NCBI GenBank assembly: GCA_963697765.1
Contig: CAVOPC010000003.1
Coordinates: forward strand, 230,775-294,774
Length of the DNA: 64,000 nt
Source: an uncultured Actinomycetota bacterium
Lineage (GTDB): Bacteria; Actinomycetota; Actinomycetes; Propionibacteriales; Propionibacteriaceae
Direction of reading: 5' to 3'
Shown: in pieces, positions 1-8,004 of the stretch
How positions within the stretch are numbered: position 1 is the first letter of the stretch
How the letters are laid out: the number at the start of each line of letters is the position of its first letter
Made by a program: the position numbers and the translations under genes
Notes under the pieces: model-generated
The model's database searches: none
What the model was told of the DNA's origin: nothing
Seen by the model: the letters and a program-made list of their open reading frames with translations, nothing else

Positions 1-96
1 CACACCCGGACCAGCGATCAACTTCTTGACCTGCTTCTGGCTCTTTCCGCAGAACGAGCACTTCAGCAGTTCAGAGGTCTCTCCGATTCGTGCCAC
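1..96 (-). CDS. clpX: ClpX ATPase, N-terminal 32 codons only (gene runs off the left edge)
   Basis: The reverse complement of 1-96 reads [32 protein letters not shown], the ClpX zinc-ribbon N-terminus. The GTG at 96-94 is preceded by GGAAAGGAGG (97-110). It lies directly downstream of clpP2. It is absent from the ORF track because it is truncated. Confidence 0.85.
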   Translation of the reverse strand, partial: MARIGETSELLKCSFCGKSQKQVKKLIAGPGV

Positions 97-168
97 ACCG
101 CCTCCTTTCCGTGCAGGCAACCCTAGCCCGCTAGCGCTGTTCCGCAAGGGACGCGCCAGCGCACCGGG

Positions 169-819
169 TCAGACCTCGACGTCCTTCAGTGAGGTCAGGA
201 TGTCGTCGACGATGCCGTACTCAACCGCATCTTCGGCGGTCAGGTACTTGTCGCGCTCGATGTCGCGGGAGACCTTCTCGACCGGCTGACCGGTGGAGTC
301 GGCGAGCATGCTCTCCATCAGCGAGCGGATCCGCAGGATCTCGCGGGCCTGGATCTCGAGGTCGGACGACTGCCCGTAACCGCCCTCGGTGGCCGGCTGG
401 TGAATCAGGATGCGACTGTTCGGCAGCGCCAGTCGCTTGCCCTTGGTGCCGGCCGCCAGGATCACGGCGGCGGCCGACGCGGCCTGGCCCAGGCACACCG
501 TCTGCACGTCGGGCTTGATGTAGCGCATGGTGTCGTAGATCGCGGTCAGCGCCGTGAACGAGCCGCCGGGGCTGTTCAGGTAGATGCTGATCGGACGATC
601 GGGATCCATCGACTGAAGGCACAGCAACTGGGCCATCACCGCGTTGGCGATGTCGTCGCTGATCGGGGTGCCGAGAAAGATGATCCGGTCTTCGAACAGC
701 TTGGTGTAGGGGTCGACGCGCCGGATGCCGTAGCTCGTGCGCTCCTCCCACTGCGGAATGTAGTAGTCCATCGAGGGCCCGGACGGGGCCAGCCCACCGG
801 GCAGCATAGGTGTGGTCAT
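169..819 (-). CDS. clpP2: ATP-dependent Clp protease proteolytic subunit ClpP2
   Basis: Track ORF 169..921 has ClpP motifs (IIFLGTPISDDIANAVMAQLL, LNSPGGSFTALTAIYDTM, ILIHQP). Its first 34 aa look like Arg-rich shadow, so I moved the start to ATG 819 (MTTPMLPGG). It is the second gene of the tandem clpP pair. Confidence 0.9.
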   Translation of the reverse strand: MTTPMLPGGLAPSGPSMDYYIPQWEERTSYGIRRVDPYTKLFEDRIIFLGTPISDDIANAVMAQLLCLQSMDPDRPISIYLNSPGGSFTALTAIYDTMRYIKPDVQTVCLGQAASAAAVILAAGTKGKRLALPNSRILIHQPATEGGYGQSSDLEIQAREILRIRSLMESMLADSTGQPVEKVSRDIERDKYLTAEDAVEYGIVDDILTSLKDVEV

Positions 820-827
820 GACGGGCC

Positions 828-1466
828 TCACTGGTTCGGCGATTCGGTGGCGATCTGGGCTGCACGCTCGTAGACGTGGTCGATGAACCCGTAGTCGAGT
901 GCCTCGGCGGCGGTGAACCACCGGTCACGATCGGAGTCGGCTTCGATCTGTTCCACGGTCTGGCCGGTGTGTTCGGCGATCAGTCCACCCATGGTCTTCT
1001 TGATGTGCAGCGACTGCTCGGCCTGGATGCGGATGTCGGACGCGGTGCCGCCGAGGCCACCGGAGGGCTGGTGCATCATGATGCGGCTGTGCGGCAGCGC
1101 GAACCGCTTGCCCTTGGTGCCGGCGCTGAGCAGGAACTGGCCCATGGACGCGGCCAGCCCCATCGCCACCGTGGCGACGTCGTTGCTGATCCACTGCATG
1201 GTGTCGAAGATGGCCATGCCGGAGTCGACCGAGCCGCCCGGGGAGTTGATGTAGAGGTAGATGTCCTTGTTCGCATCCTCGGCGTTGAGCAGCAGCATCT
1301 GCGCGCAGATGGCGTTGGCGTTCTCATCGCGGACCTCGGAGCCGAGGAAGATGATCCGGTTGCCGAGCAGTGCCTGGTACACGGAATCGTTGATGCCGGC
1401 CACGCTGGGGCCTGCAGCCCGCATGGGTTCGGCGGCCGTCAAAGGCAGGTAGTGGATCTCGTTCAC
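828..1466 (-). CDS. clpP1: ATP-dependent Clp protease proteolytic subunit ClpP1
   Basis: 212-aa ORF with ClpP motifs ([50 protein letters not shown]). It sits between tig and clpP2, the canonical actinobacterial order. Confidence 0.92.
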   Translation of the reverse strand: MNEIHYLPLTAAEPMRAAGPSVAGINDSVYQALLGNRIIFLGSEVRDENANAICAQMLLLNAEDANKDIYLYINSPGGSVDSGMAIFDTMQWISNDVATVAMGLAASMGQFLLSAGTKGKRFALPHSRIMMHQPSGGLGGTASDIRIQAEQSLHIKKTMGGLIAEHTGQTVEQIEADSDRDRWFTAAEALDYGFIDHVYERAAQIATESPNQ

Positions 1467-1515
1467 GTGCCGAACCTATCCAACGCCGGCGACAAAACTA
1501 AGGGCATCCCCACGC

Positions 1516-1533
1516 TGTTCGCTGACGGCGCAG
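1516..1533. promoter_or_regulatory. Putative ClgR-type operator upstream of clpP1
   Basis: TGTTCGCTGACGGCGCAG contains GTTCGC-N5-GCG, the ClgR box as I recall it from Streptomyces and Corynebacterium clpP promoters. It lies about 50-67 nt upstream of the clpP1 start. Confidence 0.45.
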
Positions 1534-1592
1534 CCTCGCCCCAGCAACCGCAGCAGCGGAGGCCGAGGGGTGCCGTTGAGGCCGCTGACGCC

Positions 1593-1625
1593 GGACGGGG
1601 CCCCGCGCGATGCGGGACCCCGTCC
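1593..1625 (-). terminator. GC-rich hairpin after the tig stop (probable intrinsic terminator without a U tract)
   Basis: GGACGGGGCCCCGC / gcgat / GCGGGACCCCGTCC forms a 14-bp stem with one mismatch and a 5-nt loop. It starts 13 nt downstream of the tig stop on the minus strand. Confidence 0.6.
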
Positions 1626-1637
1626 GAACCGTGTCGA

Positions 1638-3050
1638 TCAGACCTTGTCGGTGACCTCGTCGGACTCGACGGCGTCGGCACCCTCGGTGTCTGTGACGTC
1701 GTCGGGCGCGTCCGCATCCTCGGACTCGTCGGCCGCCACTGAGACGTCGACGGTCGCGCCGTTCTCGTCGGTGACCGTGGCTTCGGCGAGCAACAGGCCG
1801 AGCGCCTTGTTGCGGCGCACCTCCTGCATCCAGGCGTTCATGTGGTTGTGATCCATCATGTGCTGGAGTTCCTGCTCGGGCGTGCTGCCGTTGGCCTGCG
1901 CCTTGCGCACGATCAGCTCGGTGAGGTCGTTCTGCTCGACACCCACCTCGCGGGCGTCGGCGATGGCGTCGAGCAGGATCTGCGCCCGCAGGCTCTGCTC
2001 GGCGCGCGAGTCCACCAGGCCCCAGAACTCCTCGGGGGTTTCGGCCTCCTCCTCGGCGGTCTCGAGGTAGCGCTCGAGGTTCAGCCCGGCGCGCTTCAGC
2101 TGGTCGTCGATCTGGCTGTGCCGCGAATCGATCTCGGCGGCCAGCAGCTTGGCCGGCAGCTCGAACTCGACCTTGTCGACCAGGTTCTCGAGCACCTTGT
2201 CGCGGGCGTCGTTGAGCTGCTCGTAGCGCAGCATCTGCTCCACTCCGGTGGCCAGGTCGGCGCGCATCTCCTCGACGGTGTCGAACTCGGACACCAACTG
2301 GGCGAACTCGTCGTCCAGGTCGGGCAGCTGCTGCTCGGACACCTTGGTGACCGTCACGTGGATGTCGGCCGGCTCACCGGTCAGCGGGCCGCCGACCAGG
2401 GTGGAGGTGAAGTCGGCTGACTCCCCCGCCGCAAGGCCCGTCACGGCCTCGTCGAGGCCGTCCAGCATGCCGCCGGAACCGATCGTGTAGCTGACCCCCT
2501 CGGCGGTGGCGTCCGGCAGCTCGTCGCCGTCACGGGTGCCGACCAGGTCGAGAGTGACCACGTCGCCCTCGGCCGCGGCGCGATCCACGTCGGTTGCGGT
2601 GGCGAAGCGCTCGCGCATCGTCTCGATTCGGTTGTCGATCTCGGCCTCGAGGTCGGCGAGCACGGCGACGGTGGCCGTCAGGGTGCCGAACTCGGGCAGG
2701 TCGAGTTCAGGGCGCACGTCGACCTCGGCGACGAACTCGACCACATCACCGTCCTCGAGCTTGGTGATCTCGACGTCGGGATCGCCCAGCGGGATCAGCT
2801 TGTTGGCCTCGACGGCCTCGCCGTAGGCGGTCGGCAGGGCGGCGTTGATCGCTTCCTGCAGCACCATGCCGCGGCCGAACCGCTGGTCGATCACCGCGGA
2901 GGGCACTTTGCCCTTGCGGAAGCCGGGAATGGTGACGCTCTGCGCGATCTCGCGGTAGGCCTTGGTCAGATGCGGCTGGAGATCGGCGAACGGGATCTCA
3001 ACGGTCAACTTCACCCGGGACGGGTTCAGTTGCTCGACGGTGCTGGGCAA
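1638..3050 (-). CDS. tig: Trigger factor (ribosome-associated peptidyl-prolyl isomerase)
   Basis: 470-aa ORF starting (M)PSTVEQLNPSRVKLTVEIPFADL with an acidic C-terminal tail, typical of actinobacterial Tig. It has a TTG start at 3050 with AGGAG 8 nt upstream, and sits next to clpP1P2X. Confidence 0.93.
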   Translation of the reverse strand: MPSTVEQLNPSRVKLTVEIPFADLQPHLTKAYREIAQSVTIPGFRKGKVPSAVIDQRFGRGMVLQEAINAALPTAYGEAVEANKLIPLGDPDVEITKLEDGDVVEFVAEVDVRPELDLPEFGTLTATVAVLADLEAEIDNRIETMRERFATATDVDRAAAEGDVVTLDLVGTRDGDELPDATAEGVSYTIGSGGMLDGLDEAVTGLAAGESADFTSTLVGGPLTGEPADIHVTVTKVSEQQLPDLDDEFAQLVSEFDTVEEMRADLATGVEQMLRYEQLNDARDKVLENLVDKVEFELPAKLLAAEIDSRHSQIDDQLKRAGLNLERYLETAEEEAETPEEFWGLVDSRAEQSLRAQILLDAIADAREVGVEQNDLTELIVRKAQANGSTPEQELQHMMDHNHMNAWMQEVRRNKALGLLLAEATVTDENGATVDVSVAADESEDADAPDDVTDTEGADAVESDEVTDKV

Positions 3051-3060
3051 CGTGATGCTC

Positions 3061-3096
3061 CTGTAGTCGTTGGTATATCTGTAGTCGTTGGTATAT
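3061..3096. repeat. Perfect tandem duplication, 2 x 18 bp (CTGTAGTCGTTGGTATAT)
   Basis: Read directly: ctgtagtcgttggtatat ctgtagtcgttggtatat. It is AT-richer than its surroundings and lies between the tRNA-Gly 3' end and the tig RBS. Confidence 0.95.
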
Positions 3097-3114
3097 CGGT
3101 GCGGCCGAAACCGG

Positions 3115-3185
3115 AGCGGATGACGGGAATCGAACCCGCGTAGCCAGTTTGGAAGACTGGGGCTCTACCATTGAGCTACATCCGC
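3115..3185 (-). tRNA. tRNA-Gly (anticodon TCC)
   Basis: The minus-strand 71-mer GCGGATGTAGCTCAATGGTAGAGCCCCAGTCTTCCAAACTGGCTACGCGGGTTCGATTCCCGTCATCCGCT folds as a cloverleaf. The acceptor is GCGGATG/CATCCGC, the anticodon loop is CTTCCAA and the T-loop is TTCGATT. CCA is not encoded. Confidence 0.93.
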
Positions 3186-3315
3186 AGGATGACCAGCGTA
3201 GCGGTCGTGATCTGGTGGGCATAAACGCCGTGGTCAGCCGGGCGTGAGCAGCCGTCGGACGGCGTTGACCCGACCGGGTGAGGACATTCAGCACGGCAGC
3301 GCATAGCGTCGGAAC

Positions 3316-3540
3316 GTGACCGCACAACTCACCGTGACCCTCGATCGGCGCCTGATCTCCTCGCTGAAGCGCCGGGCCTACGACACCGATTCGTCCCTGT
3401 CGGAACTGCTGACCAGGATCTGCTCGGGGTACCTCGGCGAGTGGGGCCACGAGGCCCCCGAGACAGACGACGTGACCGCGGACGTCCCCGTCCCGAGCGC
3501 CGATGCAGGGTCCGCGCCCGGACTCGACGTGGTGCTGTAG
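3316..3540 (+). CDS. Ribbon-helix-helix (CopG/Arc-like) small DNA-binding protein
   Basis: 74 aa with a GTG start. LTVTLDRRLISSLKRRAYDTDSSLSELLTRICSGYL fits the RHH beta-strand/helix/helix pattern, followed by an acidic tail. Confidence 0.5.
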   Translation: MTAQLTVTLDRRLISSLKRRAYDTDSSLSELLTRICSGYLGEWGHEAPETDDVTADVPVPSADAGSAPGLDVVL

Positions 3541-3543
3541 CCG

Positions 3544-3705
3544 ATGGTGCACGTGGCCGACTTGACCGGAACCGTGCACCTGCTGGAGGCACTCGGTGGC
3601 GAGGTCGTCCAGGGCAGCCGGGACGGCGATTGGGTGCAGGTGGCGATCGGCGGCGCCGGCGTCGGGTTGCTCGCCCACCCCCCTGACGCCGAACTGATCG
3701 GCTGA
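3544..3705 (+). pseudogene. Glyoxalase/VOC-like single-module fragment (53 codons)
   Basis: The ATG at 3544 is 4 nt after the RHH stop. MVHVADLTGTVHLLEALGGEVVQGSRDGDWVQVAIGGAGVGLLAHPPDAELIG resembles one beta-alpha-beta-beta-beta VOC module, and the second module is absent. It is below the ORF-track size cutoff. Confidence 0.3.
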
Positions 3706-3762
3706 CCCACCGCCGCGCGCAAAACCCACCACGGAGTCGTCTCGGCATGACACCGTGAACGC

Positions 3763-5142
3763 GTGCACGAAGAACCGATCGACCCGGCGGGCCCCCACCC
3801 GGCCGGCGGTGACGAGGCAGCCACGCTGGCGGCGAAATCGGACGCCGTCTGCCGGCTCGGCGCGCTCATGCTCAGCGCGGGCACCGGGTCGTACCGGGTC
3901 AAGGCGGCGATGGGCCGGGTGGCAGCCGCACTCGGCATCGACCAACTCGAGGCCCAGGTCAGCCTGACCGAGATCGTCGTCACCACCCGCGCCGCCGGCA
4001 CCTTTCGCACCCAGGTGGTCGAGGTGCCGCCGCCGGTGGTCAACGCGGACCGGATCCGCGCGCTGACCAGGCTGTCCTTGAGGGCGCAGCCGGGATGGCT
4101 GGTCGCCGACCTGCACCGCAGGCTGGACCGGATCGAAACGTTGCCGGCCCGGTTTCCGCCGGCCGTGGTCGTGCTGGGCGCGGCGGCCGCCTGCGGAGCC
4201 TTCGCGATCCTGAACAACGGGCGCTGGCAGGAATGCCTCGTGGTCGGCGTCGCTGCAGCCTTGGGCAAGTGTGCGCAGTTGGTCCTGCACAGACGCTTCC
4301 GGTTGAACCAGTTGGCCGTCATCGCGCTGGCGTCCACGATCGCGTGCCTGGTGTACCTGGGGATCGTGACGACGCTGCACCAAGTGCTGCCGGCCGCGGC
4401 GGAGCCGATCCGCGAGGTCCTGTTCACCTCGGCGATCCTGTTTCTGGTGCCCGGATTCCCGGTGCTCACCGCGGCTCTCGACCTGGCCAGGTTCGACTTC
4501 ACCGCAGGCATCTCCCGGTTGCTCTACGCCACCCTGATCACCCTCGCGGCCGCCCTCGGGGCGTGGTTGGCCGCCCTCGCCTTCGGCCTGGCTCCGATGG
4601 AGACCCACCCGCCGGACTGGCCCGCGGCGGCACTGCTCGGCCTGCGCGTGCTGGCCAGTCTCGTCGGAGTGCTCGGCTTCGCGGTGACCTTCAACACCCC
4701 GCTGCGGGTGGGGTTGGCGGCGGCGGCGATCGGCACCATCGCCAACGTGCCCCGGCTGTTCGCGGTGGACGCGGGGTGGAACGCCCTGCTCTGCGCCACC
4801 CTGGCCACGTTGCTGGTCGGGCTGCTGGCCGGATGGTTCAGCCAGCGGATCGCCGCACCCCGGATCATCCTGTCAGTGCCCGCGGTGCTGATCATGATTC
4901 CCGGTGTGAGCACGTACCGGGCGCTGGTGTTCGTCATCAACGGAGATCCGGTGGGGGCGCTGAGCAACGCGTTCACCAGCATCGGCCTGCTGCTGGGCCT
5001 GGCCGTCGGGCTGGCCGTCGCCCGCATGCTCACCGATCCGGCCTGGACCTCGCCCGCTCCCCGTTGGACCCGAATGCCGCACACGCGCGCCCAGGATGTG
5101 GTGCGGGCCGAGGGCGGACCTGGCTCACGCAGGGCCGAGTAG
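3763..5142 (+). CDS. Threonine/serine exporter family protein (fused ThrE: DUF1212 + DUF3815-like)
   Basis: 459 aa. The N-terminal half (LGALMLSAGTGSYRVKAAMGRVAAALGI) resembles YjjP/ThrE, and the C-terminal half has multiple TM helices resembling YjjB. Confidence 0.75.
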   Translation: MHEEPIDPAGPHPAGGDEAATLAAKSDAVCRLGALMLSAGTGSYRVKAAMGRVAAALGIDQLEAQVSLTEIVVTTRAAGTFRTQVVEVPPPVVNADRIRALTRLSLRAQPGWLVADLHRRLDRIETLPARFPPAVVVLGAAAACGAFAILNNGRWQECLVVGVAAALGKCAQLVLHRRFRLNQLAVIALASTIACLVYLGIVTTLHQVLPAAAEPIREVLFTSAILFLVPGFPVLTAALDLARFDFTAGISRLLYATLITLAAALGAWLAALAFGLAPMETHPPDWPAAALLGLRVLASLVGVLGFAVTFNTPLRVGLAAAAIGTIANVPRLFAVDAGWNALLCATLATLLVGLLAGWFSQRIAAPRIILSVPAVLIMIPGVSTYRALVFVINGDPVGALSNAFTSIGLLLGLAVGLAVARMLTDPAWTSPAPRWTRMPHTRAQDVVRAEGGPGSRRAE

Positions 5143-5296
5143 AAGGTCCTCAAGGCCAGCAGTGCCACCACGCGCGCTCACGGTGTGCGCGGCCCGAGGC
5201 CAACACAACCAGTCCACCAGGGACACCGCCCCGGCGGCGGCCCACCAACCACCCTTACAAGTAAATGAATCGATACAAAACAGCCCCTGCACATCT

Positions 5297-5311
5297 TGTA
5301 GATCGCTCTAC
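5297..5311. promoter_or_regulatory. LacI-type operator, copy 1 (TGTAGATCGCTCTAC)
   Basis: GTAGA/TCTAC arms surround a 4-bp centre. The 14-mer core is the exact reverse complement of the core of copy 2, about 43 bp away. Confidence 0.6.
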
Positions 5312-5339
5312 GATGCCGTAGGTTTCTCGTAACGACACT

Positions 5340-5355
5340 TGTAGAGCGATCTACA
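5340..5355. promoter_or_regulatory. LacI-type operator, copy 2 (TGTAGAGCGATCTACA)
   Basis: Same motif in the inverted orientation, ending 15 nt before the GTG start of the LacI gene. Both copies are preceded by CTTGTAGA. Confidence 0.6.
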
Positions 5356-5370
5356 CAATGAGAGGGATCA

Positions 5371-6417
5371 GTGACGATCCAGGCGAAGAGCTCGGTGACC
5401 ATCGAGGACGTGGCCCGGCACGCGGGCGTATCGCGGGCCGCGGTGTCCAAGGTGATTCGGGACGCCTACGGCGTGAGCGATTCGATGCGCACCCGGGTGC
5501 AGGCCTCGATCGCCGACCTGGGTTACCGGCCGCGGGCGGCGGCTCGAGCGATGCGTGGCTCGTCCTACACCCTGGGGGTGGAGATCCCCAGCATCAACAA
5601 CCACTTCTTTCCCAAGATCATCACCGGGGCGACCACCGCGCTGGCCGAGACCAGGTACCAGCTGATCATCGCTCCCGCCGGGCCGGACCACGACGAAGGG
5701 CCGCAGGCCATTCAGGTGCTCGCCGACCGCCAGGTTGACGGGATCGTCGCGATCTCGTCCCGGGTGCCGCCGGCCTGGCTTGAGGACCTGGCCCGCAACG
5801 TCCCGCTGGTGATGATCGGACGGCACCACGCCTCCGTGCACTACGACACCCTGGTCGGCGACGACCTGGTAGGAGCAGCGCTCGCCGTGCGGCACCTGTA
5901 CGGGCTCGGGCACCGCCGGATCGTTCACCTGACCCTGGACGAGTCGCGTCACGACACCCTGCCGGACACCCCCCACGGAATCCGGCTGAGCGGCTACCGC
6001 AGCGCGATGGCCGAGCTGGGGTTGCAACCCGAGGTGGTGCGGGTCGGTCCCGCCCAAGAGGCCGCGCGCGACGGTGCACTGCAGTTGCTGACGAGCGCGG
6101 ACGGACCGGTCGGCATCTTCGCCGCCCACGACGAACTCGCCCTCGGGGTGCTGCACGCGGTGGCCGAACTGGAACTCAGTCCCGGGCAGGCGTCCGTGGT
6201 GGGCTACGACGACACCGACGTGGCGGCCCACCCGATGATGTCGCTGACCAGCGTCAACCAGTCCGGCACCCAGATGGGTGTGATCGCCGTCCGGCTGTTG
6301 CTGGAGCGGATCGCCGGACGAACCCAGTCCGCCCACGAGGTGCTCGCACCCAGGGTGATGGCCCGGCGCTCCAGCGCCGCACCCGAACCCCGCGGACCCC
6401 GAACCACGGCTCGCTGA
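5371..6417 (+). CDS. LacI family transcriptional regulator
   Basis: The N-terminal HTH VTIEDVARHAGVSRAAVSKVIRDAYGVS is followed by a periplasmic-binding-protein-like sugar-binding core. 348 aa. Confidence 0.9.
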   Translation: MTIQAKSSVTIEDVARHAGVSRAAVSKVIRDAYGVSDSMRTRVQASIADLGYRPRAAARAMRGSSYTLGVEIPSINNHFFPKIITGATTALAETRYQLIIAPAGPDHDEGPQAIQVLADRQVDGIVAISSRVPPAWLEDLARNVPLVMIGRHHASVHYDTLVGDDLVGAALAVRHLYGLGHRRIVHLTLDESRHDTLPDTPHGIRLSGYRSAMAELGLQPEVVRVGPAQEAARDGALQLLTSADGPVGIFAAHDELALGVLHAVAELELSPGQASVVGYDDTDVAAHPMMSLTSVNQSGTQMGVIAVRLLLERIAGRTQSAHEVLAPRVMARRSSAAPEPRGPRTTAR

Positions 6418-6489
6418 GCCGTCACGCAGGACCACAACCCATTCCGGTCGACCACAACGGTGGCGGCCCCAACCAGGAGGTACAACGAA

Positions 6490-7821
6490 GTGTCAATCCC
6501 AAAGCACGGCCGCAGGGCCGTAATCACCGGCCTTGCCGTCGGTTCCCTGCTGTTGTCAGCCTGTTCGGCAGGCTCGCTGGGCACCAGCAGCACAGCCGCC
6601 GGCGGCGCTGCCGGGGCAACCACCATCACGGTACTCGCCGACAGCTCCGACCAGACGGTCAAGCCGCTACAGGCACTGATCGACGCGTTCAACGCCAAGA
6701 ACACCGGCGTCACGGTGAAGCTCGAGACCCGTGCCCAAGGCACCGACGGAGACAACATCGTCAAGACCCGGCTTGCCACAGGCGACATGACGGAGGTGTT
6801 CCAGTACAACTCCGGTTCGCTGATGGCGGCGCTCGACCCGGCCAAGAACATGGTGCCTTTGACGGGCGAGTCCTACATGGGCCAACTGGAGGAGTCGTTC
6901 AAGACCTCGGTCACCTCGGACAACCAGGTTTACGGCGTGCCGCTCGGTCAGGCGACCGGTGGCGGCATTCTCTACAACAAGAAGGTGTTCACCCAGCTCG
7001 GCCTGTCTGTGCCCAAGACCTGGGACGAGTTCATGGCCAACAACGCCAAGATCAAGGCCGCCGGCATCGACCCGGTGATCCAGACCTACGGCGACACCTG
7101 GACCTCCCAGCTGTTCCTGCTGGCCGACTTCGCCAACGTGACCGCAGCACAGCCCGATTGGGCAGCCAAGTACACCGCCAACCAGGCCAAGTACGTCGAC
7201 GAGCCCGCGATCAAGGGCTTCCAGCGCCTCGAGGCCGTGAACAAGGCCGGGTACCTGAACAAGGACTACGCCTCGGCCAAGAACTCCCAGGGCCTCCAGA
7301 AGCTGGTGAAAGGCAGCGGTGCGCAGTATCCGATGCTCACCTTCGTGATCGGCACCTACTCCGCCCTATCCGACACCGCCGCGCAGGACATCGGCTTCTT
7401 CGCCCAACCCGGCGACGACGCCGCCACCAACGCCCTGACCGGCTGGTCGCCCGGCGCCCTCTACATTCCGACCTCGGCCACCGGTGACAAGCAGGCCGCG
7501 GCCAAGAAGTTCCTCGCGTTTGTGGCCACCCCCGAGGCCTGCGACGTGCAGAGCAAGGCGGTCGCCCCGTCCGGCCCGTACATGGTCAAGGGCTGCACGC
7601 TGCCTTCCGGGCTGCCGGCCGCGGTGACCGACGTGCAGAAGTACTACACCGACGGCAAGGTGAAGCCGGCTCTGGAGTTCCTGTCACCGATCAAGGGTCC
7701 GAACCTGGAGAAGATCACCGTCGAGGTCGGCTCCGGCATCACCTCGGCCGCCGATGGCGCCAAGCGCTACGACGAGGACGTCAAGAAGCAGGCGCAGCAG
7801 TTGGGCCTGCCGGGCTGGTGA
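6490..7821 (+). CDS. ABC transporter extracellular sugar-binding lipoprotein
   Basis: The GTG at 6490 is preceded by AGGAGG (6475-6480). A signal peptide with the lipobox LLSAC is followed by a family-1 solute-binding fold. The track ORF begins at 6460. Confidence 0.85.
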   Translation: MSIPKHGRRAVITGLAVGSLLLSACSAGSLGTSSTAAGGAAGATTITVLADSSDQTVKPLQALIDAFNAKNTGVTVKLETRAQGTDGDNIVKTRLATGDMTEVFQYNSGSLMAALDPAKNMVPLTGESYMGQLEESFKTSVTSDNQVYGVPLGQATGGGILYNKKVFTQLGLSVPKTWDEFMANNAKIKAAGIDPVIQTYGDTWTSQLFLLADFANVTAAQPDWAAKYTANQAKYVDEPAIKGFQRLEAVNKAGYLNKDYASAKNSQGLQKLVKGSGAQYPMLTFVIGTYSALSDTAAQDIGFFAQPGDDAATNALTGWSPGALYIPTSATGDKQAAAKKFLAFVATPEACDVQSKAVAPSGPYMVKGCTLPSGLPAAVTDVQKYYTDGKVKPALEFLSPIKGPNLEKITVEVGSGITSAADGAKRYDEDVKKQAQQLGLPGW

Positions 7822-7831
7822 TGCTGCCGTT

Positions 7832-7946
7832 GGTCGAGCTTGTCGAGACCCCTGAAAAGTCCTGACTGCTCGGCCAACGCCACCTTCCAGCCTGTCGCAC
7901 TCATTGGACGGGCTCGACAAAGCCACTCACGAGCCTGTCCGAGACC
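7832..7946. repeat. Cluster of intergenic palindromic repeat units (GGTCGAGCTTGTCGAGACC family)
   Basis: A perfect unit lies at 7832-7850. Degenerate units are an inverted GGGCTCGACAAAGCCAC at 7910-7926 and a forward CGAGCCTGTCCGAGACC at 7930-7946. All lie in the 183-nt SBP-permease gap. Confidence 0.7.
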
Positions 7947-8004
7947 CACTGGAGGTCCCGGACAACTCGACCAGCAACTCACTTTCCCGATCAAGGAAAC
8001 TGCC

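Noticed and set aside
3115-3185. The tRNA-Gly as an integration hotspot with an adjacent genomic island.
   Set aside because: There is no integrase, no att-like repeat of the tRNA 3' end and no phage or ICE genes nearby. The flanking genes (tig-clp, ThrE) are core-like.
2998-4608. A 536-aa ORF on the minus strand spanning the tRNA, the RHH gene and the ThrE gene. Similar very long ORFs lie at 13630..15156, 15153..16379, 16935..19292, 20483..22933 and 26314..27513.
   Set aside because: These are antisense or off-frame shadows of real genes in high-GC DNA. Their translations are Arg/Gly/Pro/His-rich with no domain signatures, and each overlaps a well-supported gene on the other strand or frame.
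6430-6458. A direct repeat GACCACAAC x2, spaced 20 bp apart, between the lacI-family stop and the SBP start.
   Set aside because: A 9-bp repeat is too short to distinguish from chance, and I know of no associated regulator motif.
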